64,000 nucleotides of DNA from assembly GCA_031390425.1 (NCBI GenBank), contig JANMTL010000297.1, positions 1,055 through 65,054 on the forward strand, read 5' to 3'. Of the stretch, positions 44,520 to 54,950 are shown piece by piece. Within the stretch, counting starts at the first letter, position 1. Every line of letters starts with the position of its first letter. Source of the DNA: Rhizobacter sp. Lineage in GTDB: Bacteria; Pseudomonadota; Gammaproteobacteria; Burkholderiales; Burkholderiaceae_C. The translations under genes were made by a program, and so were the position numbers. The notes under the pieces were generated by a model. It made no database searches and had not been told where the DNA came from. It saw only the letters and a list, made by a program, of their open reading frames with translations.

Positions 44520-46100
44520 ATGTTGGAAGACACCCTCAAGGCCCAATTGCAGGCCTACCTCGAACGCGTGAAGATTCCGTTCGAGATCGTCGCTTCGCTG
44601 GACGACAGCGACGCTTCGCAGGAGATGCGCGGCTTGCTGGAAGACGTCATCGGCCTGTGCGACAAGATCACCCTGAAGACCGATGGCAGCGACGCCCGAA
44701 AGCCGTCGTTCACGCTGGCCCGCATCGGCGAGGCGCCGCGGGTGCGTTTTGCCGCGATCCCGCTGGGGCACGAATTCACGTCGCTGGTGCTGGCGCTGCT
44801 GCAGGTGGGTGGACACCCGGCGAAGGTCGAGGCCGAGCTGATCGAGCAGATCAAGAACCTCGAGGGCGATTTCCGCTTCGAGACCTACGTCTCGCTGAGT
44901 TGTCACAACTGCCCGGACGTGGTCCAGGCGCTGAACCTGATGGCGGTGCTGAACCCGCGCATCCAGCACGTCACGATCGACGGCGGGCTGTATCAGAACG
45001 AAGTCGAGGACCGCCAGGTGTTGGCGGTGCCGATGGTGTTTTTGAACGGCGAACATTTCGGCCAGGGCCGCATGGAAGCCGAAGAAATCGTCGCCAAGCT
45101 CGACACCGGCGCGGCGGCCCGCGATGCGATCAAGATGAGCGCCAAAGCGCCGTACGACGTGTTGATCGTCGGTGGTGGCCCGGCCGGTGCGGCGGCGTCG
45201 GTGTACGCGGCGCGCAAGGGCATCCGCACCGGCGTGATGGCCGAACGATTCGGTGGCCAGACGCTGGACACGCTTGGCATCGAAAATTTCATCTCGGTGC
45301 TGGAGACCGACGGCCCCAAGTTTGCGATGGCGCTCGAGCAGCACGCAAAACAGTACGGCGTCGAGATCATGAATTTGCAGCGTGCCGACAAGCTGATGCT
45401 GCCCGACCCGGCGACCGGCCTGATCGAGGTGAAGCTCGCGAATGGCGGATCGTTGAAAAGCAAGACGGTGATCCTGTCGACCGGCGCGCGCTGGCGCGAA
45501 ATCAATGTGCCCGGCGAGCAGGAATACCGCAACCACGGCGTGGCCTACTGCCCGCACTGCGACGGCCCGCTGTTCAAGGGCAAGCGCGTCGCAGTGATTG
45601 GCGGCGGCAATTCCGGCGTCGAGGCAGCGATCGACCTCGCCGGCATCGTCGGCGCGGTGACGCTGATCGAATTCGGCGAGCAGCTTCGCGCAGATGCGGT
45701 GCTGGTCAGCAAGCTGAAGAGTCTGGCCAACGTGACCATCCACACGCAAGCGCAGACGACCGAGATCACCGGCGACGGCGCCAAGGTCAACGGCCTGAGC
45801 TACACCCACCGCACCAGCGGTTCGGCGCACCACATCGAACTCGAAGGCGTGTTCGTGCAGATCGGTCTGGTGCCGAACTCCGAGTGGCTCAAAGGAACGC
45901 TCGAGCTGTCGCGCCACGGGGAGATCGTCGTCGATGCGCGTGGCCAGACCTCGGTGCCCGGCGTCTTCGCGGCCGGCGACGTGACGACCACCCCGTTCAA
46001 GCAGATCATCATCGCCACCGGCGAGGGTGCGAAGGCCGCGCTGAGCGCGTTCGACCACCTGATTCGGTCGTCGGTGCCGGAGGCGGCTGTCGCGGCTTGA
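44520..46100 (+). CDS. ahpF: alkyl hydroperoxide reductase subunit F
   Basis: Start at ATG 44520 ([17 protein letters not shown]). N-terminal CHNCPD, FAD motif [17 protein letters not shown], redox CPHCDG, NADH motif [10 protein letters not shown]. Confidence 0.9.
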   Translation: MLEDTLKAQLQAYLERVKIPFEIVASLDDSDASQEMRGLLEDVIGLCDKITLKTDGSDARKPSFTLARIGEAPRVRFAAIPLGHEFTSLVLALLQVGGHPAKVEAELIEQIKNLEGDFRFETYVSLSCHNCPDVVQALNLMAVLNPRIQHVTIDGGLYQNEVEDRQVLAVPMVFLNGEHFGQGRMEAEEIVAKLDTGAAARDAIKMSAKAPYDVLIVGGGPAGAAASVYAARKGIRTGVMAERFGGQTLDTLGIENFISVLETDGPKFAMALEQHAKQYGVEIMNLQRADKLMLPDPATGLIEVKLANGGSLKSKTVILSTGARWREINVPGEQEYRNHGVAYCPHCDGPLFKGKRVAVIGGGNSGVEAAIDLAGIVGAVTLIEFGEQLRADAVLVSKLKSLANVTIHTQAQTTEITGDGAKVNGLSYTHRTSGSAHHIELEGVFVQIGLVPNSEWLKGTLELSRHGEIVVDARGQTSVPGVFAAGDVTTTPFKQIIIATGEGAKAALSAFDHLIRSSVPEAAVAA

Positions 46101-46132
46101 ATCGCGGCAGACGGCTCACGGCGACCGATGCC

Positions 46133-46160
46133 AAAGGCCACCCTCGGGTGGCCTTTTTTT
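46133..46160. terminator. rho-independent terminator shared by convergent ahpF and the PIN-toxin gene
   Basis: aaaggccaccc / gggtggcctt hairpin flanked by an A-run and TTTTTTT. Usable in both orientations. Confidence 0.75.
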
Positions 46161-46583
46161 CTAGCGCGGCGTCAGCAGCGGAATGACCTTGCGGCCGTGC
46201 CGTCGGTAGACCTGGAAATCGGCATCCAGCGTGAAGATGCGGCAGCGCGGGTACAGCTCGCTCATGCGCACCAGGCACGCATCGGCCAGCGATGCGGGAA
46301 CGTTGTCGTAGCGCTCGAACAGCGACTGCACCGCCGCGATCTCGTCGCCCAGCGCCATGCCCACGCACACCACACCACGCGCCATCAGGTTCAATGCCTT
46401 GGCGGGGTCGTGACCGCCACGCGCCAGCAAAAAGCAGGTTTCCGCCACCACCGCTTCACAGGTCAGCAGCGGGCCGGTGATCTGTGCGAACTGGGCGCGC
46501 GACCATTCGTGAAACGCGTCGTCACGGCAGTGCAATGCCACCCACGGCCCAGTGTCCAGCAGCACCGTGGCCGCATCGCTCAC
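46161..46583 (-). CDS. vapC: PIN-domain toxin (VapC family)
   Basis: 140 aa. Acidic PIN residues in LLDTGPW, CEAVVAE, LADACL and TLDADF. 4-nt overlap with the upstream antitoxin gene. Confidence 0.75.
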   Translation of the reverse strand: MSDAATVLLDTGPWVALHCRDDAFHEWSRAQFAQITGPLLTCEAVVAETCFLLARGGHDPAKALNLMARGVVCVGMALGDEIAAVQSLFERYDNVPASLADACLVRMSELYPRCRIFTLDADFQVYRRHGRKVIPLLTPR

Positions 46584-46837
46584 CGTTCGCCGAAGCCGTC
46601 GAGGTGACGCGGGTGGCTGGACAAGTCGGTCGGGCCGCCGCCGAAGCAGCCCACGAGGTCGCCTGCCAGCGCCAGCGCAGACGGCGGCAGCGTGCCGCCG
46701 TCCTGCGGCCCGCCGGGCACCAGGTAGGCGGTCACCGCGCGGCGCACCAATTCAGATTTGGTGAGCTGGGCCCGCGTGCTGGCCGCAGACAGGGCGGCGT
46801 CCAATCCGGCCGACAGTTTGATGGTCAAGGTGTTCAT
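46580..46837 (-). CDS. ribbon-helix-helix (CopG-like) antitoxin
   Basis: 85 aa from ATG 46837. MNTLTIKLSAGLDAALSAASTRAQLTKSELVRRAVTAYL fits an RHH fold. Overlaps the PIN gene. Confidence 0.65.
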   Translation of the reverse strand: MNTLTIKLSAGLDAALSAASTRAQLTKSELVRRAVTAYLVPGGPQDGGTLPPSALALAGDLVGCFGGGPTDLSSHPRHLDGFGER

Positions 46838-46867
46838 GGGGAATGTCCTACCTGTAGGCAAGCGATC

Positions 46868-49800
46868 TTACCGTGACACAACGCTCCGCGCCAGCACCGG
46901 CCGCAGCGCGACACCGGTGTGGCTGGCGGCGACCGTCACCAAGCCTTCCGGCGTCGCGGCGGCCACCACGCGGCCACCGTGCGTGCCGCCTTCGGGACCG
47001 AGGTCGATCACCCAATCCGCTTCGGCGATCACGTCCAAATCGTGCTCGATCACCACCACGCTGTGGCCGCCATCGACCAGCCGGTGCAGCACGCGGATCA
47101 GCTTTTCGACATCGGCCATGTGCAGGCCGACCGTCGGCTCGTCGAGTACGTACAAGGTGTGTGGTGATCTGTTGCCGCGTTTGCCGACATCGTCGCGCAC
47201 CTTGGTCAGCTCGGTGACCAGCTTCAGGCGCTGCGCCTCGCCGCCACTCAATGTCGGTGACGGCTGCCCCAGCGTCAGGTAGCCCAGGCCCACGTCCTTC
47301 ATCAAGCGCAGCGGGTGGCTGATGGTGGGCATGCTGGCGAAGAAATCGACGGCCTCGTCGATTTCCATTTTCAGCACGTCGCCGATGTTCTTGCCGCGCC
47401 ACGTCACCGCCAGTGTCTCGGGATTGAAGCGCTGACCGTGGCACGCCTCGCACGGCACCTTCACATCGGGCAGAAAGATCATCTCGATCGTGCGCATGCC
47501 CTGGCCCTCGCAGGCTGGGCATCTTCCTTCGCCGGTGTTGAAGCTGAAGCGATTCGGTGCGTAGCCGCGCGCGCGCGACTCCAGCGTGTCGGCAAACAGC
47601 TTGCGGATCGTGTCCCAGAAACCGATGTAGGTGGCCGGGCAGCTGCGCGGGGTCTTGCCGATCGGCGTCTGGTCGACTTCAAGCACCCGGTCGATGTAGC
47701 CCCAGCCGTCGATCTGCTCGCAGCCTTGCCACTTCGGCGAGCCACCCTTCAGGTTGATGAACTGCAGGTTCGCCAGCAGCACATCGCGCGCGAGCGTGGA
47801 TTTGCCCGAGCCGCTGACACCGGTAATCGCGACCAGCCGCTTCAGCGGCACGTCGATCGTCACCTGCTGCAGGTTGTGTAGCGTCGCGCCTTGGATGGTC
47901 AGCCGCCGGTTGGCCTCGGACTCGCGTGGCCCGGCTGCGTCGGCTGCCGACACCTCGCGCCGCTTTTGCAGCGGGTGGATCAGCGGGTGAGCCAGCAAGC
48001 GGCCGGTCTGCGAATCCGGCGCATTCGCCAGATCGGCGACCGTCCCCTGCGCCACCAGCCGACCACCCCGGCTGCCCGCACCGGGCCCGATGTCGATCAG
48101 GTGATCGGCGCGGCGGATCGTGTCCTCGTCGTGCTCGACCACGACCAGCGTGTTGCCCTTGTCGCTGAGCGTCTTCAGCGCCTTCAGCAAAATCTGGTTG
48201 TCGCGCGGGTGCAGACCGATCGTCGGCTCGTCGAGCACGTAGCACACGCCCTGCAGGTTGCTGCCGAGCTGCGCAGCCAGCCGTATGCGCTGCGCCTCGC
48301 CGCCGCTGAGCGTCGGCGCCGCGCGGTCGAGCGTCAGGTAGCCGAGTCCGACTTCTTCGAGGAATTCGAGCCGGCCGCGGATCTCGCTGACCACGTCGCG
48401 CGCGATCTCCGCATCACGGCCGGTGAGCTTCAGCGAATCGATCCATTCGCGTGCGCCGGCCACCGACCACTGCGCGATCCACGCGATCGAGTGGCCCTCG
48501 AACGTGACCTTGCGCGACACCGGGTTGAGCCGGGTTCCGGCGCAGTCGGGACACGGTTCATCAATGAGTCCTTCGGCCTCGCTTTCCTCCGACGGAAAGC
48601 TCTGTTCGCGGCCTTTGTCGCTGTCGTCGCGCACCGAGTCGTCGTAGACCTTGCGCTGTTCGCGCGTCAGCGCCAGCCCCGTGCCGACGCAGGTGCAGCA
48701 CCAGCCGTGCTTGCTGTTGTAGCTGAACATGCGCGGGTCGAGCTCGGGGTAGCTGGTGCCGCAGGTGGGGCACGCGCGTTTGGTCGAAAACACCTTGACG
48801 CGACCGATGCCTGCTGTGGACGACGCGTTGCGCATCGCTTCGGTCAGGCCGTTCAGCGGCGTCAGCAGGTGCATCACGCCCTTGCCGATGTCGAGCGCCT
48901 TTGCCAGCGCGGCGCGCAGCTCGCGCTCGCGGTCGGCGCTGATGAGGATGTCGGCGACCGGCAGTTCGAGTGTGTGTTCCTTGAAGCGGTCGAGCCGCGG
49001 CCATGGCTCGACCGGCAGGAACTCGCCATCGACGCGCAGGTGGGTGTGGCCGCGGGCCTTCGCCCATTTTGCGAGGTCGGTGTAGACGCCTTTGCGTGCC
49101 ACGACCAGCGGCGCGAGCAGGCCGACATGCTCGCCCAGATATCCACCCAACTTCGGATCTCGCAACAGTTGCGCGGCGATGCTCTCGGCCGACTGCGGCC
49201 GCACCTCGGCACCGTCCTTCACGCAATGCTGCAGCCCGAGCTTGACGTACAGCAGCCGCAGGAAATGCCACACCTCGGTGGTCGTCGCGACCGTGCTTTT
49301 GCGCCCGCCGCGGCTCAAGCGCTGCTCGATCGCGACCGTCGGCGGGATGCCGTACACCGCATCGACCTCGGGCCGCCCGGCCGGCTGCACGATGCTGCGC
49401 GCGTAGGCGTTCAGGCTTTCGAGGTAGCGGCGCTGGCCCTCGTTGAACAGGATGTCGAAGGCCAGCGTGCTTTTGCCCGAGCCCGACACGCCGGTGACGA
49501 CGGTGAACCGGCCGCGCGGGATGTTCACGTCCAGCGACTTCAGGTTGTGCTCGCGCGCATTGACGATGCGGATGCAATCGTCATTCAGGTTCTCGATGCG
49601 GAGGGACTCATCAACAACGGCCCGCTCGGAGCGCGCCGCCTTCAGCAGCAATTGCAACGGCACGCCTTCTTCGACCGCCAACCCGCCCAGCCCCATGGCC
49701 CGGTCGTAATCGACCAGCGCCTTGCCCGTGTGCGAAGTCGGGTGCCGCTTCACATCGGCCGGCGTGCCGGTGCACACGACCAGCCCGCCGCCCTCGCCGC

Positions 49801-52675
49801 CTTCCGGGCCCAGATCGATCAGCCAGTCCGACGCGTTGACGACGTCGAGGTTGTGCTCGATCACGATGATCGAATGGCCCGCGTCCAGCAGCTTGCGGAA
49901 CGCGCGCATCAGCTTCGCGATGTCGTCGAAGTGCAGGCCGGTGGTCGGCTCGTCGAACATGAACAGCGTGCCCTTCTTCGCCACCGGCTGGCGGCTCGAG
50001 GTCGCGCGGTTCGCTGATTCGGCGAGAAAGGCCGCCAGCTTCAAGCGCTGCGCTTCGCCACCGCTCAACGTCGGCACCGGCTGGCCGAGCTTCACGTATT
50101 CGAGGCCGACATCGACGATCGGCTGAAGCACGCGCAGCACTTCGCGGTCGCTGGCGAACAACTGCACCGCTTCGCTGACGGTGAGGTCAAGCACGTCGGC
50201 CACCGACAGGTCGCGCGTCACTTCGCCGGGCAGGCGCCGATCGATCTTGACTTCGAGCAGCTCGCGTCGAAAGCGCCGACCGTCGCAATCGGGGCAGCGC
50301 AGATACACGTCGCTGAGGAATTGCATCTCGACATGCTCGAAGCCCGAGCCGCCGCAGGTCGCACAGCGCCCGTCGCCCGCGTTGAAGCTGAACATGCCGG
50401 GCCCGTAGCCGCGCTGCTGCGCCAACGGCGACGCGGCGAACAGCTTGCGGATCTCGTCGAACGCGCCGACATAGCTGGCCGGATTGGAGCGCGCGGTCTT
50501 GCCGATCGGCGACTGGTCGACGAACACCGCTTCGCTGAGCCAGTCTGCGCCCAGCAGCCGGTCGTGCGCACCCGGCGCATCGCTGGCCTTGCCGAAGTGG
50601 CGCGCCAGCGCGGGGTACAGCACGTCCTGGATCAAGGTCGATTTGCCCGAGCCCGACACGCCAGTGACGGTGACCAAGTGCTGCAAGGGGAACTCGACGG
50701 TCACGTCGCGCAGGTTGTGGTCGCGCGCGCCTTCGACGATCAGCCTCGGCGTCGCGGCCGTGACAAGGCGCGTGAAGCCGCTGCCGATGTGCTTGCGCCC
50801 GCCGAGGTAGGCGCCGGTCAGCGTGTCGGCGTCGCGGATGGCCTCGGGCGTGCCGTCGAAGACGATCTGCCCGCCGCGCTCGCCCGGGCCCGGGCCCATG
50901 TCGATCAGCCGGTCGGCGGCCAGCATCACCGCCGGGTCGTGTTCGACCACCACCAGCGTGTTGCCCGCGTCGCGCAGCCGGTGCATCGCTTCGATGATGC
51001 GGTTCATGTCACGCGGGTGCAGGCCGATGCTGGGCTCGTCGAGCACGAACATCGTGTTGACGAGGCTCGTGCCCAGCGCGGTGGTCAGGTTGATGCGCTG
51101 CACCTCGCCGCCGCTGAGCGTGCGGCTTTGCCGATCCAGCGTCAGGTAGCCCAGGCCGACATCGCAGAGGTATCTGAGTCGGGTGCGGATTTCGTCGAGA
51201 AGCAGCGTCAGTGCTGCGTTGACTCCGTCGGCCTTTTGGCGGGAGGGGTCCAACGCAAACAGCCGATCGAAAAATCGCCGCAAGCGGGCTATCGGCAGCA
51301 GCATCAGGTCATGCACCGTCAGCCCAGGCAGCGCTTCGAGCTGCTCGCGCGACCAGGCGGCACCGGCAGGTAAAGAGCGCAGCGACGGCGCCATCACCGC
51401 ATCGGCATCGGCCTGCGTGCCGAGCCGCCACAGCAGCGCTTCGGTCTTCAAGCGCGCGCCGCCGCAACTGCCGCAGGGCGTGTAGCTGCGGTACTTCGAC
51501 AGCAGCACGCGGATGTGCATCTTGTAGGCCTTGCTCTCCAAATACTCAAAGAAGCGCTTGACGCCGTACCACTGCTTGTTCCAGTTGCCCTTCCACTGCG
51601 GCGAGCCGCCGATGACGAAGTCGCGCTGCGCTTCGTTGAGCTGCGACCACGGCGTGTCACGCGGGATGCCGGCCTCTCCCGCGTACTTCAGCAGGTCCTC
51701 GAAAGCGTCTTTCCAGGCGGGCGTCATCAGGGTCTTGATGGCGCCCGAGCGCAGCGTCTTGCGGGGGTCGGGGATCACCAGGTCGTAGTCGACGCCGATG
51801 ACGCGGCCGAAGCCACGGCAGGTCTCGCAGGCGCCCATGGCCGAGTTGAAACTGAAGAGCGACGGCTGCGGATCGGTGTAGCGCAGGTCGCTGTCGGGGC
51901 AGTGCAGGCCGGTGGAGAAGCGCCAAATTTCTGGAGTGGCTTCTTCGCCCGCCAGCGCATACACGTTGACGCGTCCGCCGCCGCGCTTCAGCGCCAGCTC
52001 GATCGCTTCGACGACGCGGATCTTCTCGGTGGTGTGGATGCGGAAGCGATCGGCCACCACATCCAACACCTTGCGCGGCCCGGTCGGCGTCGTCACCTCG
52101 CGCTCGCCCTGCACCCGGGTGAAGCCGCTGGCGGAGAGCCACTGCTCGACCTCTTCCGCCGTCGACGCGGCCGGTAACTCGACCGGAAAGGTCAGCACCA
52201 ACCTCGGGTCGCCTTCAACAGTCCGCGCCATCAGCTCCGCGCAGATCGTCTCGGGCGTGTCGTGCCGCACCGGCTGCGCAGTGTGGCGGTCGAACAAATC
52301 GGCACCGCGCGCGAACAACAGCTTCAGGTGGTCGTTCAGTTCGGTCATCGTGCCGACCGTCGAGCGCGAGGTGCGCACCGGGTTGGTCTGGTCGATCGCA
52401 ATGGCGGGCGGTACGCCGTCGACCCGGTCGACGGCCGGGCGGTCCATGCGGTCGAGAAACTGCCGCGCATAGGCGCTGAAGGTCTCCACATAGCGCCGCT
52501 GGCCTTCGGCGTACAGCGTGTCGAACACCAGGCTCGACTTACCCGATCCGCTGGGCCCGGTGACCACCGTCATCTCGCCGGTGCGAATGTCGAGGTCGAG
52601 GTTCTTCAGGTTGTGCTGGCGGGCGCCGCGGATCCGGATCAGACCCGTCGAGGGGCGGTGGACACCTGAGGACAT
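46868..52675 (-). CDS. tandem-duplicated UvrA-like ABC ATPase (1935 aa, four nucleotide-binding modules)
   Basis: Start at ATG 52675 (MSSGVHRPSTGLIRIRGARQHNLKNLDL). Four Walker A sites (GPSGSGKSS plus three GVSGSGKST). Four signatures (TLSGGEVQRINL, TLSGGEAQRLKLAAFL, TLSGGEAQRIRLAAQL, TLSGGEAQRLKLVTEL). A second UvrA-like start IRIVNAREHNLKSLDVNIPRG lies near 49600. Confidence 0.85.
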   Translation of the reverse strand: MSSGVHRPSTGLIRIRGARQHNLKNLDLDIRTGEMTVVTGPSGSGKSSLVFDTLYAEGQRRYVETFSAYARQFLDRMDRPAVDRVDGVPPAIAIDQTNPVRTSRSTVGTMTELNDHLKLLFARGADLFDRHTAQPVRHDTPETICAELMARTVEGDPRLVLTFPVELPAASTAEEVEQWLSASGFTRVQGEREVTTPTGPRKVLDVVADRFRIHTTEKIRVVEAIELALKRGGGRVNVYALAGEEATPEIWRFSTGLHCPDSDLRYTDPQPSLFSFNSAMGACETCRGFGRVIGVDYDLVIPDPRKTLRSGAIKTLMTPAWKDAFEDLLKYAGEAGIPRDTPWSQLNEAQRDFVIGGSPQWKGNWNKQWYGVKRFFEYLESKAYKMHIRVLLSKYRSYTPCGSCGGARLKTEALLWRLGTQADADAVMAPSLRSLPAGAAWSREQLEALPGLTVHDLMLLPIARLRRFFDRLFALDPSRQKADGVNAALTLLLDEIRTRLRYLCDVGLGYLTLDRQSRTLSGGEVQRINLTTALGTSLVNTMFVLDEPSIGLHPRDMNRIIEAMHRLRDAGNTLVVVEHDPAVMLAADRLIDMGPGPGERGGQIVFDGTPEAIRDADTLTGAYLGGRKHIGSGFTRLVTAATPRLIVEGARDHNLRDVTVEFPLQHLVTVTGVSGSGKSTLIQDVLYPALARHFGKASDAPGAHDRLLGADWLSEAVFVDQSPIGKTARSNPASYVGAFDEIRKLFAASPLAQQRGYGPGMFSFNAGDGRCATCGGSGFEHVEMQFLSDVYLRCPDCDGRRFRRELLEVKIDRRLPGEVTRDLSVADVLDLTVSEAVQLFASDREVLRVLQPIVDVGLEYVKLGQPVPTLSGGEAQRLKLAAFLAESANRATSSRQPVAKKGTLFMFDEPTTGLHFDDIAKLMRAFRKLLDAGHSIIVIEHNLDVVNASDWLIDLGPEGGEGGGLVVCTGTPADVKRHPTSHTGKALVDYDRAMGLGGLAVEEGVPLQLLLKAARSERAVVDESLRIENLNDDCIRIVNAREHNLKSLDVNIPRGRFTVVTGVSGSGKSTLAFDILFNEGQRRYLESLNAYARSIVQPAGRPEVDAVYGIPPTVAIEQRLSRGGRKSTVATTTEVWHFLRLLYVKLGLQHCVKDGAEVRPQSAESIAAQLLRDPKLGGYLGEHVGLLAPLVVARKGVYTDLAKWAKARGHTHLRVDGEFLPVEPWPRLDRFKEHTLELPVADILISADRERELRAALAKALDIGKGVMHLLTPLNGLTEAMRNASSTAGIGRVKVFSTKRACPTCGTSYPELDPRMFSYNSKHGWCCTCVGTGLALTREQRKVYDDSVRDDSDKGREQSFPSEESEAEGLIDEPCPDCAGTRLNPVSRKVTFEGHSIAWIAQWSVAGAREWIDSLKLTGRDAEIARDVVSEIRGRLEFLEEVGLGYLTLDRAAPTLSGGEAQRIRLAAQLGSNLQGVCYVLDEPTIGLHPRDNQILLKALKTLSDKGNTLVVVEHDEDTIRRADHLIDIGPGAGSRGGRLVAQGTVADLANAPDSQTGRLLAHPLIHPLQKRREVSAADAAGPRESEANRRLTIQGATLHNLQQVTIDVPLKRLVAITGVSGSGKSTLARDVLLANLQFINLKGGSPKWQGCEQIDGWGYIDRVLEVDQTPIGKTPRSCPATYIGFWDTIRKLFADTLESRARGYAPNRFSFNTGEGRCPACEGQGMRTIEMIFLPDVKVPCEACHGQRFNPETLAVTWRGKNIGDVLKMEIDEAVDFFASMPTISHPLRLMKDVGLGYLTLGQPSPTLSGGEAQRLKLVTELTKVRDDVGKRGNRSPHTLYVLDEPTVGLHMADVEKLIRVLHRLVDGGHSVVVIEHDLDVIAEADWVIDLGPEGGTHGGRVVAAATPEGLVTVAASHTGVALRPVLARSVVSR

Positions 52676-52875
52676 GCGGTACTTTCTGACTGCGACTGCG
52701 GCGAAACGCCGGATTCTAAAAGTCTGGTGAAACCGCACATCGCCACGCGAATAGACATCGCTGGCGGCGTTTGTTACCTGGTTGTTGCACATCGCTGCGC
52801 GAAAAGCCCCAGCGGTGGCACACCATCGGTCTAGGGTTCGCCCTGACTTTTGATCGATTCCGAGACGCAAGCACC

Positions 52876-54909
52876 ATGGCGGATTCCACGGCCGATTCGT
52901 TTGAGCTGGCGCGCTTTAACCGCGCGCTGGAGGCGTCTTCGGAAGCGCATTTCGAGTACAGCGCCGCGTGCGGCGACTTCTTCATCAGCGACCGGATCTG
53001 CGTTTTGCTGGGTTACCCCGGCGGCACCCCCGCGCCGACTCGCGAGGTGTACTCCAGCTGGGTGCATCCGGAAGATCGGGCTGCGCTGAAGGCACAACTC
53101 GCCTCGACCCACGTCGCCCCGGGCCCGTGGGAGTCGGCGTATCGACTGCGCCACCGCGACGGCAGCTTCAGGTGGTTCCGGGCCCGTGGCCGCGCCGAGT
53201 TCGACGCGCAAGGCCGCATGCGCCTGACCGGCATGCTCAGCGACACCCATGAGCAGACGCTGGTGCGCCGCGACATCGACCAGCAGCGTCGGCATCTGGA
53301 GGCGATGGTCGAGGAGCGCACGGCCCGGCTCGAAACCGCGCTGGCCGAAGCGCAGCGCCAGCGCGAGCAGGCCGAGCGCGCCAACGAATCGAAATCGACC
53401 TTCCTCGCCCACATGAGCCATGAGATCCGCACCCCGCTGAACGGCGTGCTGGGCCTGAACGAACTGGCACTGCGTGAAGCGACCAGCACGCAACAAAAGC
53501 GCTACCTGAAGCTCGCGCTGCAGTCCGGTCGCAACCTGCTCGGCATCATCAACGACGTGCTCGATTTCTCGCGTCTGTCGGCCGGTGCGCTGACGCCGGC
53601 TGAGCAACCGTTCGACCTCTGCGACGCCCTCACCGAGTCCCTGCGCGCGGTGATGCCGGCCGTGCGCACGCAGGGCCTGAGCCTGCTCTACGACCACGTC
53701 GGCGCGATCAGCCGCGTGATCGGCGACCGCCAGCGCATTCAGCAGATCGTCACCAACCTGCTGTCGAATGCGGTGAAGTACACCGAGCAAGGCCACATCG
53801 AACTCGTCACCCACCTGCACGCGGTGTCGGCCGAGCAGTGCGTGGCACGCATCGTCGTGCGCGACACCGGCGGCGGCATGAGCGCCGAGGTGGCCACCCG
53901 CGTCTTCCAGCCCTTCGTTCAGGGCGACGACAGCCTGGGGCGCCGCCATGGAGGCACCGGGCTCGGGCTGTCGATCGCGCTGGGCCTGGCGCAATCGATC
54001 GGCGGCACGCTGACGCTCGACACTGCGCCCGGCCGCGGATCGAGCTTCGCGCTCGAACTGCCGCTGCGCGTGCAGCCGGGCGAGCAGCCTGCATCGGGGC
54101 TGCCGCCTGCGGGATCGGCCTGGCTGGTCCACACGCGGGCGCTGCCGGCGCAATCGGTGCAACGGCGGCTGCAGCGTCTGGGATGGAACTGCGAAGTGGT
54201 CGGCGGCACAGTCGACGTGATGGCGCGTGCTGTCGCAGCGGGTGACTCACCGGACCTGGTGCTGCTGAGCGAGTCGGCGCTCGAACCCGACACCGATCTG
54301 GCCGCGCTGCGCGGCCTGCTGCCGCACGCCAACATCGTGCTGCTGGCCCGCCCGGACTGGAACGAGCCGATGCTCGAAGCGGCGGCGCGGCTGGCGCAGA
54401 TGCCGTTGATCTTCATGCCGGTGACACCCGCTGCGCTGCTGGATCTGCTGTGCATGCACGGCCCGCAGTCGGACCGCATCGTGTCCGGCTTCAGCACGCT
54501 GGCCGGTCTGGCCGCGCCGGTGGAAAGCAAACCCGAATCGGACGTGCTGGTGGTCGAGGACAACATGGTCAATCAGGTCATCGTCTGCGAGATGATCGAC
54601 GCACTCGGGCTGCGCACTCGACTGGCCGAGGACGGCGGCACGGCGGTCGAAGCGTGCCGGGCAAAGGCGCCGGCGCTGGTGCTGATGGACTTGCAGATGC
54701 CCGGCGTCGATGGACTGGAGGCGACGCGTCAACTGCGTTCGCTGCAACAGCGGGGTGTCATTCCGACCTTCCCGATCATCGCGCTGACGGCGCATGCGAC
54801 GCCGCAGGACAGGGACAGTTGTTTGGCCGCTGGCATGGTGGGGTACTTGACCAAGCCGGTGGCTATGGCGGATTTGCGCAATGAGTTGTCGCGGTGGTTG
54901 AGGTGCTGA
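52876..54909 (+). CDS. PAS-domain hybrid sensor histidine kinase / response regulator
   Basis: Start at ATG 52876. PAS region (WVHPEDRAALKAQL...YRLRHRDGSFRWF), H-box FLAHMSHEIRTPLNG, G-box GGTGLGLSI, a degenerate receiver-like spacer, then a true receiver (VLVVEDNMVNQ...LMDLQMPGVDG...LTKP). Confidence 0.85.
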   Translation: MADSTADSFELARFNRALEASSEAHFEYSAACGDFFISDRICVLLGYPGGTPAPTREVYSSWVHPEDRAALKAQLASTHVAPGPWESAYRLRHRDGSFRWFRARGRAEFDAQGRMRLTGMLSDTHEQTLVRRDIDQQRRHLEAMVEERTARLETALAEAQRQREQAERANESKSTFLAHMSHEIRTPLNGVLGLNELALREATSTQQKRYLKLALQSGRNLLGIINDVLDFSRLSAGALTPAEQPFDLCDALTESLRAVMPAVRTQGLSLLYDHVGAISRVIGDRQRIQQIVTNLLSNAVKYTEQGHIELVTHLHAVSAEQCVARIVVRDTGGGMSAEVATRVFQPFVQGDDSLGRRHGGTGLGLSIALGLAQSIGGTLTLDTAPGRGSSFALELPLRVQPGEQPASGLPPAGSAWLVHTRALPAQSVQRRLQRLGWNCEVVGGTVDVMARAVAAGDSPDLVLLSESALEPDTDLAALRGLLPHANIVLLARPDWNEPMLEAAARLAQMPLIFMPVTPAALLDLLCMHGPQSDRIVSGFSTLAGLAAPVESKPESDVLVVEDNMVNQVIVCEMIDALGLRTRLAEDGGTAVEACRAKAPALVLMDLQMPGVDGLEATRQLRSLQQRGVIPTFPIIALTAHATPQDRDSCLAAGMVGYLTKPVAMADLRNELSRWLRC

Positions 54910-54950
54910 CGGAGCGTCTGCTTCTGTCTGGTTGCCCTGCTGAGACCGCG

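Noticed and set aside
47891-50017. 708-aa plus-strand ORF (and several others between 46873 and 52669) opposite the UvrA-like gene
   Set aside because: These are shadow ORFs. The minus strand is a continuous 1935-codon frame with four ABC modules.
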